Source: Thalia democratica (Eukaryota). Taken from it: 64,000 nt of DNA. Within the stretch, counting starts at the first letter, position 1. The number at the start of each line of letters is the position of its first letter. The stretch is taken from the NCBI GenBank assembly GCA_965202585.1, contig OZ241828.1, positions 33,604,001 to 33,668,000 on the forward strand, given 5' to 3'. This document shows, one piece after another, positions 1-13,033 of this stretch. The notes beneath the pieces were generated by a model that saw only the letters and a program-made list of their open reading frames with translations, was not told the DNA's origin and did not search any database. The position numbers and the translations under genes were made by a program.

Positions 1-94
1 AAAAGACTGGCTTTTTCAGTTGCACACTATGAAAAAAAAATAAGTGAAATGTTAGAGTTAAAAAATGTTTATATTTATGTATAAAGCATGCCAA

Positions 95-980
95 AGAACT
101 AAAGTTTACTACTGGATCAAAATGTGTTTTTTTTGAAGCAAGTATTGAAGATAACTGAAAGTCTTATCAAACTTCAGTTTCAGTATTTGATAAAATTCTA
201 TCAAAACTTATAGAAAGAAGCAGGTGGATTAAATAAAGATAAAATTAAGTTTAAAAGTCCGCCCTTTAAGAATAGAATACAAAGTTTTTCACTTTTTCAA
301 GTTGAAAAAAAAATTAAAAGTCACCAAAATACAAGTCAGGTACTGATCTTACTGAAAAAAAATGGAGAAAATCATCATAGTAGCTCTTTTTTATGGTGAG
401 AGTATCAAGTTGTATACAATATATGTATACAATACAAGAAGTAGAAGTTCTTAAGTCTGAAAAATAGAGCTAAGCAATAACAATTTTTAAAGTGTTTTTA
501 TATTAATTCAGTTATAAGTTTATAGAAGATACTTTTTTAACGTTTAAGTTTTTCTTGATTTTTTTTTGTTAATCAATGTAACAAAATATACAGTAAAAAA
601 GCTTTTAATTTTTTATGTATTATAAGCAATACTCTCACTTCTAAAGACATGTTGAAATAGATTCTGTGTTTTAGCTTTTTAAGATGAGTAAAAAGTTCTT
701 AAAGCCATTATTCATCTGTCGTTTCATATAAACTTTTTTTCTAAAAAAAAAAAGAAAACGCAACAAATTCGCTTGAAAGTTTGAAATAAACACGATGTTT
801 AAAAAAACTCACAAGTTAAGCTTTTCGATAGTTACGTCACTATGCCATTTGTAAAATTTTAAATGTAGTACAGATTTTCATAATAAATCTACTGTATGAA
901 ATCTATTTTTTATCTTTACCTATTTTATATTATAAAGTCTTTTTAGATGAAGTCTTAAGTCACAACCTTTTGTAAGTCAC
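95..980 (-). pseudogene. Decayed LRR-like coding relic, copy 1 of a diverged direct repeat
   Basis: Aligns by eye with 3490-4373 at an offset of about 3390 (e.g. ttcagtttcagtatttgataaaattc vs ttcagtctcactatttgaaaattttc). Minus-strand fragments such as LFTHLKKLKH are LRR-like but interrupted by stops. Confidence 0.35.
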
Positions 981-1354
981 GGGCCGCATTCTATAAAAAG
1001 AAGTCTTCAGCTTGAATATAAAATAACGATGTGTTCAATAACAAAACGCAACTTTAAAAACGAGTTTCTTAAACTGAGCAATAATACAGCACTATCAATT
1101 ACTTACTATAAAATTTAAAAAAATAATTATATAAAAATTTGAGACAACAATTCATTTTACAGTTTATTTTATTTTTTGTTAACTAAAAAATTTATAATCT
1201 ACCCTTTCTAATAGTTCTTGTAGATAACTAAATAGATCAATTAAATAAAAAAATTAATTGAAGGTTCTTAATGCAAAAACTTTATTTTTGAAGTTTTTAA
1301 AACTCGTGTTTTAAGCTGAAGGCTACATAACGGGCTGCAGTTTGCCAACCCCTA
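978..1354. mobile_element. hAT-type MITE fragment, right end only
   Basis: Ends cgggctgcagtttgccaacccct, matching the TIR class of the hAT element at 17570. No left TIR found. Confidence 0.55.
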
Positions 1355-1379
1355 TTTTAAGTGTTCAAAATTTTAAAAC

Positions 1380-3320
1380 ATGCAGCTGTTGCTGAAACTT
1401 TAAAGCGGAAAAACGAGTGTTATTTATTGGAATGTGGCCAAATGAAAGATGCCATGGGAAATCTTTAAAAGCAAGTATCTAATATTAACAAGGAGAAAAA
1501 TAAATATAAAAGTCTAAGAACTTCGGTTGAAATTTTAAAAAGTAATTTAATTTAGAAGCAAATCCTGCAGAAATGTTTGAAAACATAAGAATCTGAAAAT
1601 AATGGTTCAAAAAAGGTGGTAAAGGACAATGAAACTAAATAATCACTTTTGCAAAACATTTTTTTGTTTTTAAATGATCAAATGAAATAAAAGTGCAATA
1701 CAATCTAAACTTTGTAGTGAGTATAATAAAAAGGAACTTTGCAGGCTTGGCAGTCAATATAAACCTATGAGAAAATTACAAGATTGAATGCGGCCAGAAT
1801 AAAAAGATAATAGAAAATATTAAGCAACAAGTATCTGCTTTTAATAAGCTGCAAGAAGACTTTGATAAAAACTTGAACTTATAAGTAACGACTTTAAAAA
1901 TAATTTAATGTCAAGAACGCTAACGAACCTACCATCAAACTAGAAAACAGTTAGCTGTTTGATATAAAAGAGAAGGGTACTCAGCAGGTGACGGAAACCG
2001 ATTATTGAAAGTTTTTATAATACCAAGTTTGCATCACTGTTAAGATAAACAGCATCTTTTTATTTAACTCCAAAAGATTTAAAATAAAATAGTTATGCTT
2101 TATTTTCACTACTATCGAACTAAAAATTAAGCAAAGTTTGCATCGCTGTTAAGACAGTATTTCAATTTAAATGGGAATTGTTGTTTCTATATTCATAACA
2201 CAGAGTTAACTCAAAAATTTTGAAAAAATGAAAGGCAAACACGTTAATAACAAAAAAATTGAAAACAAAACTTGGTCTTTCCTTGCTGAACTTAAAACAA
2301 AAGTGCAAGAACTGCTGACAGCAAATTTGAAGAACTTGCCAGCAGCTGAAGAAGCAGCTAAATGAGGTGTGAGGAGCTGCCCGCGATGAAGTTTAAATGA
2401 CGTAAAATTTAAATGGCAGTGTTGAAGAAGGTGTTGAAAGATAACTAAATGCTGTTTTAAGAGCAAGAGAACCTGACAAAGGGAAAAATAAGAAATGAAT
2501 AAACTGTAGTCGGTCAACCAACAGTTAAATGTAAGAAAACTAAATATAGTTTTGAACGTAGTTGTTGTGCAAAAGTCACAAATTTTTTGGTAAAAACAAG
2601 TATCTAATTGAAACGAAAAAAGAAAAAGAAATAGTTGCTCACATCGAGTCTGCATTGTGTGCCGCAGTTGAACACTAGAAATTAAATAAGCAAAAACTGA
2701 AAACTACAGATTATACGTGCTGATATCTACCAAAAGGTAAATTTTATAAGACGATAACTAAAAATGACAGTATAAATTAGTCTCCAAAGTAATTGAAAGT
2801 AAAATATCTGACAAACAAAGGAAAAACAAAAACTTACTTTTTGTTGTAAGCTAACAAAAAATTTTTTGAAGTATTAAACTGCAAATTTATTCTCAAGTTG
2901 TTTATTTTTAAGGATGCTGTTTATGCATAAAATTGTTTTAACAGAAAGAAAACGCTGAAGAGAAAAACTAAAGTCGGCTTCAGCTACGGTGATTCGGCAC
3001 AAAATGAAAGAAAAGGAGTTGTGGAAGGAGATTGAGGGATACAGAGGCGTTGCTCCGACTTTACCATATCCTTCGGGTTTGAATAAGGTCTCACCATATG
3101 CTCCAGATTCGAATAAGACCTCACCATATGCTCCAGGTTCGAGTAAGACCTCACCTAATCCTCCAGAAGTGGAGAAGGCGCTCCAAGCGGAGAAGGCCGC
3201 ATCAATCCGGCTGCAATAAGACCTCGAAAAGACGCAGCAAGACCTGTCTTGCTCCGAGTCCACTCTGACTGTTGTATTGGCAGACCTTGAGAAGATGGAC
3301 CTTCATAGCTTGATGAAGTT
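1380..3320 (+). pseudogene. Decayed coiled-coil protein gene (exon-like blocks about 1380-2734 and 2945-3320)
   Basis: Plus-strand frames give K/E/L/Q-rich helical peptides (AELKTKVQELLTANLKNLPAAEEAAK; EKALQAEKAASIRLQ*DLEKTQQDL) broken by stops and frameshifts. Donor-like AAG|GTAAAT near 2735 and acceptor TTTTAACAG near 2944. Confidence 0.45.
3061..3171 (+). repeat. 30-bp coding tandem repeat (SPYAPDSNKT-like, about 3.5 copies)
   Basis: Units at 3082-3111, 3112-3141 and 3142-3171, plus a partial unit at 3061-3081. Confidence 0.85.
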
Positions 3321-3489
3321 TGTTAACTTGTTAACACACAGAAATATATGTTAGTTTAATAAAGAGAGAGCACTGTGAAACTTCGTAACTATGTATTACA
3401 GTGAACTTTCTTCGCTAGGATCTCCATGAGCTAACGATTAATTTTTATTACTTGAAAATAGTAAAGTTTTATGTTCGAAGAATGAAAAA

Positions 3490-4373
3490 GGTCTGAAGCT
3501 TGTTTCTGGATAAGACTGGTTATTTTAATGTAAATAATAAAGATATCTTTAGTTTTATCAAAGTTCAGTCTCACTATTTGAAAATTTTCTAGTAAAAAGT
3601 ATATAAAAAAGCAGGTTAAGTAAATATAGTCAAAATTAAATGTAAAAGTCAGCATTAAAGAACAGAATAAAAGGTTTTGCTGAAAACTTAAATTAAGATA
3701 AACTTTACAACTTCACCAAAGTACGCAACATGTACTGATCTTATTGACAGAAAATAAAGAAAAATACTTTGGTAATTCTCTTTCATGGTTTGAGTATCAA
3801 GTTTTATGCAATAAAAGTATATCAAGAAATACAAGTTTCTAATTCTAAAAGTAGAGCCAATTAAGAAAAGTTTTAAAACTGCTTCTATTTTTGTTTGTCA
3901 CACTTATACATTCAACTTTGAAAAAGATGCTTTTATTCGTTTTAAGTAGTACTTGATGTTTTTTATCGTAAAGCAATGTTTGGACTTACATAAGTAAATA
4001 TGCCGTTTACATACATTTAATTTTTATGTAATATAAGTGGTATTGTTCCTACTAAAAACATCTTGAAATAGGTTATGAATTTTCACTTTCTAAGATAAGT
4101 AAAAAGTTTTAAAAGCCATTATCCATTGGTCGTTTATATAAATGTAATTTTTACAGAAGAAAAATGCAACAAGTTTGCCTGCAAGTTTATAATGAACAAT
4201 TTGTTTAGAAAACTGAGTTAAATGTTAGCTTTTTAATAGTTACGTCACTATCCTATTTGTAGAAGTTTTTAAAATAAATCTACTGTATGAATTTTAAAAC
4301 AGTCTTTTATCTATATCAATTTTACAAAATATTATTAAGATAAACCTATAAGTCAGCAGCTTTTTGTAAATCA
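3490..4373 (-). pseudogene. Decayed LRR-like coding relic, copy 2
   Basis: Diverged direct repeat of 95-980. Homology stops at tcacg near 4373. Confidence 0.35.
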
Positions 4374-4407
4374 CGATAATTTTTGCAAATAGAGGAAAAC
4401 TCTTCGT

Positions 4408-4445
4408 CTGACTGACGAGCCCTAATAAGGACGAACCAGTCTCAG
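4408..4445 (+). ncRNA. Type I hammerhead ribozyme-like motif (degenerate, probably from a Penelope-like element)
   Basis: ctga-CTGACGA-gccc taataa ggac-GAAC-ca-GTC-tcag. Stem I ctga/tcag is intact, stem II has one mismatch, and the GAAA core lacks one A. Confidence 0.6.
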
Positions 4446-6289
4446 CTAACCGAAAGCTTGTGGTCTGATGATCGAATTGACATGATCAATCCTTTTTTAA
4501 ACTAAGTTGGTAAAATAGTTTTTGAAATTTTTATGAAAACGCTTTATAAAATACAAAATCAACCTAGAATTAGAAAACTACTAGTACTAAATATTATGTG
4601 TCCTTTAATATATACAATGATATCTAACATGATATTAATAGTACAGTTTTACCGTTGTTTACTTATCTTAAAAACCTTTTTTTAAATATTTTTATGCAGC
4701 TAGAATAATCAAATATGTAAGGTGATCTATAAATACGTTAAATTATACAACTCTATATGTAAACTACAAAACAACAAGCTAATTGAGCTTTTGAATACTT
4801 ATAAACCTTTATAAAGATAAAAAATATATAAAGGATAGAAACCATAGGATAGGCCAGATTATACTAAATAAAATGTCAAATTTTGATAAGTTCCAAAAGT
4901 ATAATAAGTAAATATTAAAATAAAATCATTTTATGAAAATGTTGTACATTGTTATTAGTGAATAGTATAATATTTTTTAATTAAAAACACAAACTTATTT
5001 TTTAAACTCAGTTTATAAGCCTGTATCAACTTGCAATGTTCACGCAGAAATGGTAAATAAAACTAGTTGTTCCATTAAATTTAAGTTACAAAAAATTTTA
5101 GTTATTTAGTTGTTGAAGTTTTGCTTCAGTGAAGTACATTTTTGTATCAAATAGTTATGTTGAACTTAATTTTTCAGTATTCATTTATAAATTGAGAAGT
5201 CTTTACTAACAGCATAAACTTTGAAAATGATTGTGTTAGTTACAAGTCTATATTGTTTTTAGTTGTTTACACAAATCTTTAGATCGAGTTCTACATACAT
5301 TCATTTATATAAACTATTTAAAGGTATTTTTTCTTTCGTTACTTCTGTCATATGTTAATCAATAATACATGGTTTTATTAAATCGGCTTGTATCTAGAAA
5401 AATGACAAAAATAAGGTTCATAAAAAAGTATTTTCAATTAAAGAGAGTTACAATAACTTTTAAAAGTTATTGCTTCGTTGAAATTAACATAACATTTTTT
5501 TTCTAATGTTTTTTGAGCTTTATAAAAGAAATAGACTGATAGCTACTAAATATTTACGTATGATGCGTACAGTAATGTGTTTTTATATTATCCTATTTTA
5601 AATTGGTATATACACGAAATGAATTAAAAAGTCGCTTAACATACTTTTTTTTTCTTAAAGTGAAATTTTTATTTTCATAATCAATTTTTTCTACTTACGC
5701 TAATAATTTCATTTCAAAACTTAATGAAGATCAGTAAAGTTAGAAACAATTTTTAAATTTTAATGTTTTTATGTAACAACCCAATGAACTTTAAATTCGA
5801 AATTTTTCAGTGAGTTGTAATTTAGTGATTTAAGCTCCTTGTAATAAAATTATACCTAGCAGAAAATGAAAAACTAAACAGCCAACTTTTTAAAAATTTC
5901 CAATTAATAGTTAACTACCCATTATACTTTAATTTCCTCAATATAAGATTTTAGCCTGAAAGTTATAAAAATCTAGTTGAGAAAACATGCTAAATGGAGA
6001 TACAGCATTAAAATCACAGTAATAAGTTCTAATGCTTACAATTAGGGAGCTTAGTATTTTTTAAGCGTTAAATTTTAACAACTATATTTATCAAAAAACC
6101 TTCACCGTATTTTTAGAAAATTTAATTCTTTATTCATTCTTAATTTAAAGGTGATATGTTTTGTAACATAAAAGTGTCTTTTTCACATAAAGTTAATTTC
6201 TACAAATTATAAAGTTTCCTGAAGTTCTTTTTAAGTAAAAGTGTTTATATTAAAAAAAAAGTACCTTGTCTATATTTATTGCTTTATGC

Positions 6290-6445
6290 TAGCAACTTGT
6301 AACTCAGTTTTCTTAACAAACTGTTCGTCATAAACTTGCACGAAAACTTGTTTCATTTTTTCCTTTTTTCGTCAAGATTTACATCTATCTAAAACGACCA
6401 ATGGATAATGGTTTTTAATAACTTTTTACTCATCCTAGAAAGCGA
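6290..6445 (+). pseudogene. Third, inverted copy of the LRR-like relic
   Basis: Matches the reverse complement of about 4060-4230 (taactcagttttct..., aaacgaccaatggataatgg). Translates to FLNKLFVINLHENLF, an LxxLxxLxLxxN-like pattern. Confidence 0.4.
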
Positions 6446-7232
6446 GAATACTGGCGGTAGTATTTAGTATTGAAGTTGAAATTAGTTATAATTCTATAGT
6501 TAAATTAAAAGCTGACTAAATTATCAAAATTATTTGCCCGACCAAAATTTACTTTCCTAATATAAGTAATTGAAATAACGTTGTAATAAAATGTTAACCA
6601 ATCAATAAGAAATTAATTTCACCACTAGTTTTTTTTTAATTTTGCAAAATTTTAATTAAGTTTAAAATTTTTTTAATTGATTTAAAGCGAGTGGGGTTCT
6701 TAAGTTTTTGATACATTAGACTATTTTGAAACAGTGGAAAAAAGGCCTAATTAAGAGTTATTTTTAATATGTGGGAGCTAAAGTTCAATTAACAGTATTA
6801 AAAAAAAACGAATAAAAAGTACACCTATAAAAATTTTTAAAGGTTAATATAATGATAGAACAACGTTTGTACTAATTCTTTGCTCCACTAACCTTAAGTA
6901 GTACTTTAAAAATGCTTGAAGTTGATTTGTTTGTACATTTCTTTAGATTTAAACTAAAACTGTTTATTTACAAATGCAATCAAGTTTTGTTAAAGGATAA
7001 AAACAACAAAATAAACTTAATATTTATATATAATAGTTATTTTGTACTTGTATTGTTAATTTATAGATATCAAATATACTGTGCAACATTTTTTTGTTTA
7101 TTTATTCGAAAATACTTTAAAACTTTTATTAAATTAAACTTCTAAAAAACTTATGTTCTGCTAGAGATGTAGTAAGGTTGGTTTTAAGAAACTAAAAACA
7201 ACATAAAAATACACTACAATTATTAAAAAATA

Positions 7233-7436
7233 TTATCCAACAAGTATTGAACTAATTGGAATATGAATGAGCTTTACAATAAATCCCAAGGAACCCATGC
7301 AAGTTACTCCAAAAGCTACTGCTTTGGCAGTTCTTTTGTATTCCTGGAAATCAGGTTTGTGGCATCTCTTTACTAATGTGATGGAATCCTTAATAAATTT
7401 CTTCCCCGACTCAATATATGATGTAAACTGATCCAT
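7233..7436 (-). CDS. SEC61G: Protein transport protein Sec61 subunit gamma (divergent; no intron in CDS)
   Basis: 67-aa ORF from ATG to TAA with the SecE/Sec61gamma motifs KDSI.LVKRC.KPD and MG..GF.VKLIHIPI..I.VG. An acceptor-like CATTTTAG lies about 30 nt upstream of the ATG. Confidence 0.93.
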   Translation of the reverse strand: MDQFTSYIESGKKFIKDSITLVKRCHKPDFQEYKRTAKAVAFGVTCMGSLGFIVKLIHIPISSILVG

Positions 7437-10400
7437 TAGGTAATTTAATATATAAGTTTAAATGAGCTTCTAAAATGTATTAGTTTGTTAATTACAAGTC
7501 ATCTTCAAACTGACAGCAAGCTAAATGGCTTTTTACTGTTTTAACACAACATATTTAAACAAGTGATATATTTTTTATTTTTCGTACAAAAAAGTTTCAA
7601 CTGTTATCAATTATAACTAACTGTTAATAATTCTTGTTTTAACTATTCTTTATCATAAAAAAAATCCAATAATATAAAGGTAATTAATTTATTAGGTTTC
7701 AAGTTTGCTTTTTTATAATTCATTTGAAACAATTATAAGATCTTAACTGAACTGAGTAGCTATAAAATAAATGAATTTAGTTAAAATTTATAAAATAAGC
7801 TATAGTTTATAGTATAATAGAAAGTAATTACTATAAGCTTAGAACTGGTATCAAAACTTGAATGTCTAAAACACTTTTATAATAACATCAAAGATCTAAG
7901 CCTAAGAAATAAGAAACATAACACTTAAGCAAAAAATAATAAAATAAATTAAACTTATAAAACTAATTGGAAATACTTAATAAAATAAAGATTAAAGCCT
8001 CTGCCAACACAAGTTTTATAAAACACTGTAATGTTTTTAGTTGATCTACTACATACACTACACACATATACACGTAAAACTTAAATCTTACATTTAGACT
8101 TAAAGAAAAAATATATACTCTTGAAATGTTTTAGATCTAGTTAAGCAAAAACTAACTCCATAGATGAAATTAATGACTATCAATGACGGTTTAATTTTTA
8201 TTTTTACCATATCTATCATGATTACCTAATGTTAGAATGAAGAAGTCAGAAATAGTTGACGCTACTTATTTTAAATAAATCCCTTCAATATTAATAACAA
8301 GTCATTCACTATACAATCAAATGAATAGTAATCATTAACATGTAAATTGATGGGTAAGTAAATTAACCAAACAAAAGATACATTAAATAACTACATGGTT
8401 TCGTGAACTAGATCTTCTTATTAAAAAACCAAAATTTATCCATAAAACATATGTCATAAACTGACAAGATAGTCTTAAAAGATATGAGTAGAAAAAGCTC
8501 CTAGTTAAGACTGAGTTATTTAGATAATGTCTTACTGCATAGAGATGGCCTGAGAAAGACTTTACTTAAATGAAATAAATTACACACAAGTATTTTTATT
8601 TTTGTATTTTCATGGGAAAAAAGCCTAAATGTTATTTTAATAGAAACAGATTCAAGAGTAAAGATAAAAACCTGTAGTAATGAACTAAATACATAATGAA
8701 AAATACTTTATTAGAAATGAAACAAAACTAAATAAATAAAATAACAAACCTAGTATATATGATAACAAAAATGAAGTACAACTCAGTTAAATTATAAACT
8801 TCATAAATGTTAAATTGGTGCCTTTTTACTCAACACATCTGAATTTATTATCCTTTTGAATTCGTAATGAAATAGAGAGCCATTATTGTTTTAGCTAGCA
8901 GGGCTGCATAAAGTTTCAAAAGCAAAAAATTCTAAGCACTTAAGAATTAAATGTCTAATTACTTTTTAATTAGTTATTTATTAACTTAAATAATTCAAAA
9001 ACTTTTTAATTACTGTTGCATTATTGAGGAAAAAAAAGTTTTAATTTTTTATTTTAGTTAAACCTTTGTTCAAGTATTATATTTTTACGTTTAAAACGTA
9101 CTATTTAAAATTTCTGAATTCTATTTCAATGTCATAGTATCATTTAACTCTAAAAAAACATTGTTAAAAAACAAACTAATTTAGTGTTTATTATAAAGTT
9201 TTTGAACTTTAGTTACAACTAGACTAATACAAAAATAATACTGTTAGTTATCATACTAAAAAATTTAGTTTGAGAATTTAAAGTACTTGTAATTAATGTA
9301 TTTAATTTTTTAATACTATCTTACTCGTTATTTCGTAGTTTTTGAAACATTTATTTTTAAACATTGTTTTACGTAAATATAAAAGCTTTACATCACAAAT
9401 AGACTTAATTTAAAAAAAAATTAAATTCAATAAAAACTTTTTTAACTATATCTCAAAAAATGTTTAAATTTCGTAAAAAATGAAAATGGCTTATAGGTAT
9501 CAATAAAACCTACATAAAGATAATTATTTTTTTACTATACAATATATTTTGAGTTGTGGTAATTAAAAAACAAAGAATTCGAATTTCAACAGTCGTGTTC
9601 GCGCCTTGATATTATATATGTAGATTTTTGGACCTGGTATTAAATTTATAATGAATATTGAATTCAAACCGAAGTTAAGAAATAGTTTGAAATGATCACA
9701 TAACCAATATATTCCTTAGGATGGTCATTTCCAGCACATTGTGGTAGTTTTTCTTATACAAAGCAGTTTTTATTAAAACCAACAGGATGTAAAGAAAACA
9801 AATAGTCTTTTAAATTAAGTTGAAAAATTTGAAATTTATTTTTTCTTGTTTTTCCCTTCAAATTTTATCAATCTTTAAGAACTATAACTCAATTCATATT
9901 TTTATAGTTTATTTATAAAAAATTTGGTTGACTGACTAAAACTAAAATAATCTTGGAGTTGACTGTATTAAGAACTAGTTTTTAACTTACTAGCAAAGGG
10001 AGGGATCTTCAAAAAATGTAATTGTTTTTTATTTAAAAAAGAACAGTGAAATGTGACTTTTTTGAAAAAATATGAAAATTTATTGCACAGGATTTTTCTA
10101 TAGTAAATATAACTTTTTTTCTTATTATTGATTTCTATTGTTAGCTCTAAAGGATTTTTGGGTTGTTGTTCCTTAAAAAATAAAACAAAAAATTTTTAAG
10201 TTTATTAAAATTCGTTGTCAAAATAATATATATATGTATATATAGCTTCACTTAATTTAAATATTTTGAAATGCAGCAAACATGCATTTTATATGATATA
10301 AAAATTTTAGTCAAACTTATTATTTTTTTTAGTACTATAGCTCAAAATTTTTAAGAGTTTTTTAATTAGTTTTAATTATAAGTTCAAACGAGGTAGCAAC

Positions 10401-11679
10401 AATATCTTTGCCACTTGGCTACTTAAACTGTTTTTGAAAAGTTGAGACTGAATTACACTTATCCAGGAGAACTATTCTGAGGTATTTAAAAACCTCAGGT
10501 ATGATATTTTTTTGCAAAAAATTTACAATTTTTTTAGCTATATTTTATTGTTTCTAAATTTAAGTGTCTCAAAATAAAGAGATGTAAATCATACTTTTTA
10601 TTTATCTATCATTTATAGCTTAAATAGTGGAGTCTATGCAATAACTAGAATTGGAAAACCTCATTTAAATATGCTATATACATTTTATTCAAAATAACTT
10701 TCTTTGACAGTTTTATGTTCATTTGTGTATCTCAAAGTATGCATCTAAACACAGAAAATATTAATTAGTAAAAACTTAAAAAAATTGTAAATTATTTAAT
10801 ATAAATCTTTTTAACAAAACAAAAAATATTTTCCGAATGCAGATTTTACTAGGAAAACAATAATTTTAACATTTTGTTTTGCTCTTGTATTCAGCTGATT
10901 TTGTTAGGCTTATATCACCTAATTTCTAATACAATTTTTTTTTTTGTAAATAAACTTTACAGCTATAAAGTTCAAGTATTTTTAACTAGATACATAAAGA
11001 TTATTGTTATTTATTTTGCTTTTTCAAACAGATTTTACCTTAAATTTGTTTCCAAACTAAAACTTAAAAAAATTTCTTATAAATCCTAGAAAAAGTCAAG
11101 AAATCCTAGAAAAAAGACTTCAAAAAACCTTAAGCTGTTAATATGATTTTTTTTTCTACTATAAGCTAGATTTTAAAGTATAGTATGTTAAGTCTTTTAA
11201 ATATATTTGCATAAAAACATACTTTACAAAGATGGAAAAATATGTATGTTTAAAATTTAAAAGTCTTTCCAAAAACATGAGTGCCTTGATAAAACTAGAA
11301 CCTAAAAGTTTAGGCAAACAAACCTGGAAAAACCTGTAATTTCGGAAATTTTGAAAAAAAATCCTAAAAAAGTCTGAAAATTTGTCTAAAAATCAATGGA
11401 AAAACCTAAAATTTTAGTAGTTTTAACATTTAAAGTAATAAAATTTTGATTTGACACAAAATTGTTCTCATGTAATAATAGATTTTTGTCATCATCACAA
11501 AAACTTTATCAAAAACATATATTTAAAATAGCCTTACAATATCTTTTCAATGTTTTAACACTAATTGACTCAGTTTTTATCTCAAAATAAGATTTATACT
11601 TAAAATAGACTAAAAATGTGTACATTAAAAAACCTGAAAAATATTTTGAAAACCTATAGAAAATTTGCCAAAATTTTTA

Positions 11680-12165
11680 GGCAACCCTGATCTAAACAAT
11701 GAAAATATTAACAATATTTTAGATGCACTAGATGATCCGTGGCAACTAAATCTAAAATAAACACTATATTTGTTATTATTAGATCAGATTTCAGTTACAG
11801 GGTTGTCAAAAACCTGAACTTTGATAATTTGGGCTTAAAACCATATTTACTTTTATAAACCTCATAGTAGTTTTTGATCTTTAAATATTTTAATTTTTCT
11901 ACAAATTAATATGTTATTATGTTGGCGTTTCAAGGTTGTTAAATTTAATTCAATATTTTTTAGCTTATTTAAATAGGTTTACTTTTTAAAACTCAGGCAA
12001 ACTCTGGCTACCTTAATGTAACTCAGGCTTGATTTTGGTAATTAATGCTGGCTTTAATTTTAAGTGTGGCAACTCTAGGCTGATTAAGATATAACTTATA
12101 TTTTACCTATTAATATAACGTTTCTTAGTAAAAGAAAATTATGTTTTTTATACAAATATTGTATT
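11680..12165. repeat. Dispersed repeat with CAGGGTTG(T/C)CA...TGGCAAC TIR-type ends; second copy at 49799-50280
   Basis: Long shared blocks (ttttataaacctcatagtagtttttgatct; aactcaggcaaactct; aagtgtggcaactctaggctgattaa) in the same order and orientation. Confidence 0.8.
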
Positions 12166-12858
12166 TTGATTTAAGATATATTAAATTTAGTTTTGACTGT
12201 TTATTATACTAATTTCCTTTAGTAGAATAGCAAAAAATATATGATTATTTAAAAACTCAAAATTATATATATATATATGTCAAACATGAAAAACTTTGAG
12301 TTTTAATAATTTTAAGAAGTTCTAAATTCTTTAACCCTAAATTTTTATCCTAATATTTAGATTAACACTAGGTGAAAAAAAATAAGAAGTTTTTTTTTTT
12401 GTTTTCTTTTTTTATTGTAAATAAAGTTTTCTATTTAAAAATAATTAGTTTAGTTTTAATGAATAGGTTTAATTAAGTTTAATTAGTTTAATATTTAAAT
12501 AGTTTAAAAGAAATGTCTTATACAACCTAAATAAAGCTTTTTTTTTTAATATTTCAATATTATTGAGTTTTCTGAACGACTAAACAAAATGTCTATGCAG
12601 AGTAACAGAAATAAGCCATAAAGTTTTTCTACTGTAGTCAAAAAGATAGATATTAAGTAAATAAATACAATTACTATAAAATAAATTATAGCAACTTTTA
12701 TAAATATTCTACTTGAAAAATGTAAGTTTTTTTAGCAGCTTTATTTTGTTGTTTGTCCAATTTTTCTGTTTTTAAGTATTTTCTTAAAATCTTCTATTAT
12801 ATATTTGTTTTCTGTCACTGTTTATACATTTCTAGCAAACTTAAAATAGAATAAAGAT

Positions 12859-13033
12859 ATGAATGAAATCTCAAAAGAAGTAAACCAAAACATCAGAGAA
12901 AATTTTGACAATATGATTATAAGAGATGCTGATCAAAAAGAACCTAATTTAAAAAAAATTAAAATGATGAAGTTTTGTAAAGAAAACTCTGCAAAGCAAT
13001 TCGAAGACAACACCATCCAATTTTTTAACTTAG
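12859..13033 (+). CDS. Probable first coding exon of the BACK-Kelch gene
   Basis: ATG at 12859, preceded by acceptor TTTCTAG near 12835. Ends at TTAG|GCAAGT, a GC donor in phase 1 that joins in frame to the phase-1 acceptor at 15003/15004. Confidence 0.55.

Noticed and set aside
2206-3263. Minus-strand ORFs 2206-2655 and 2874-3263
   Set aside because: Antisense shadows of the plus-strand coiled-coil relic.
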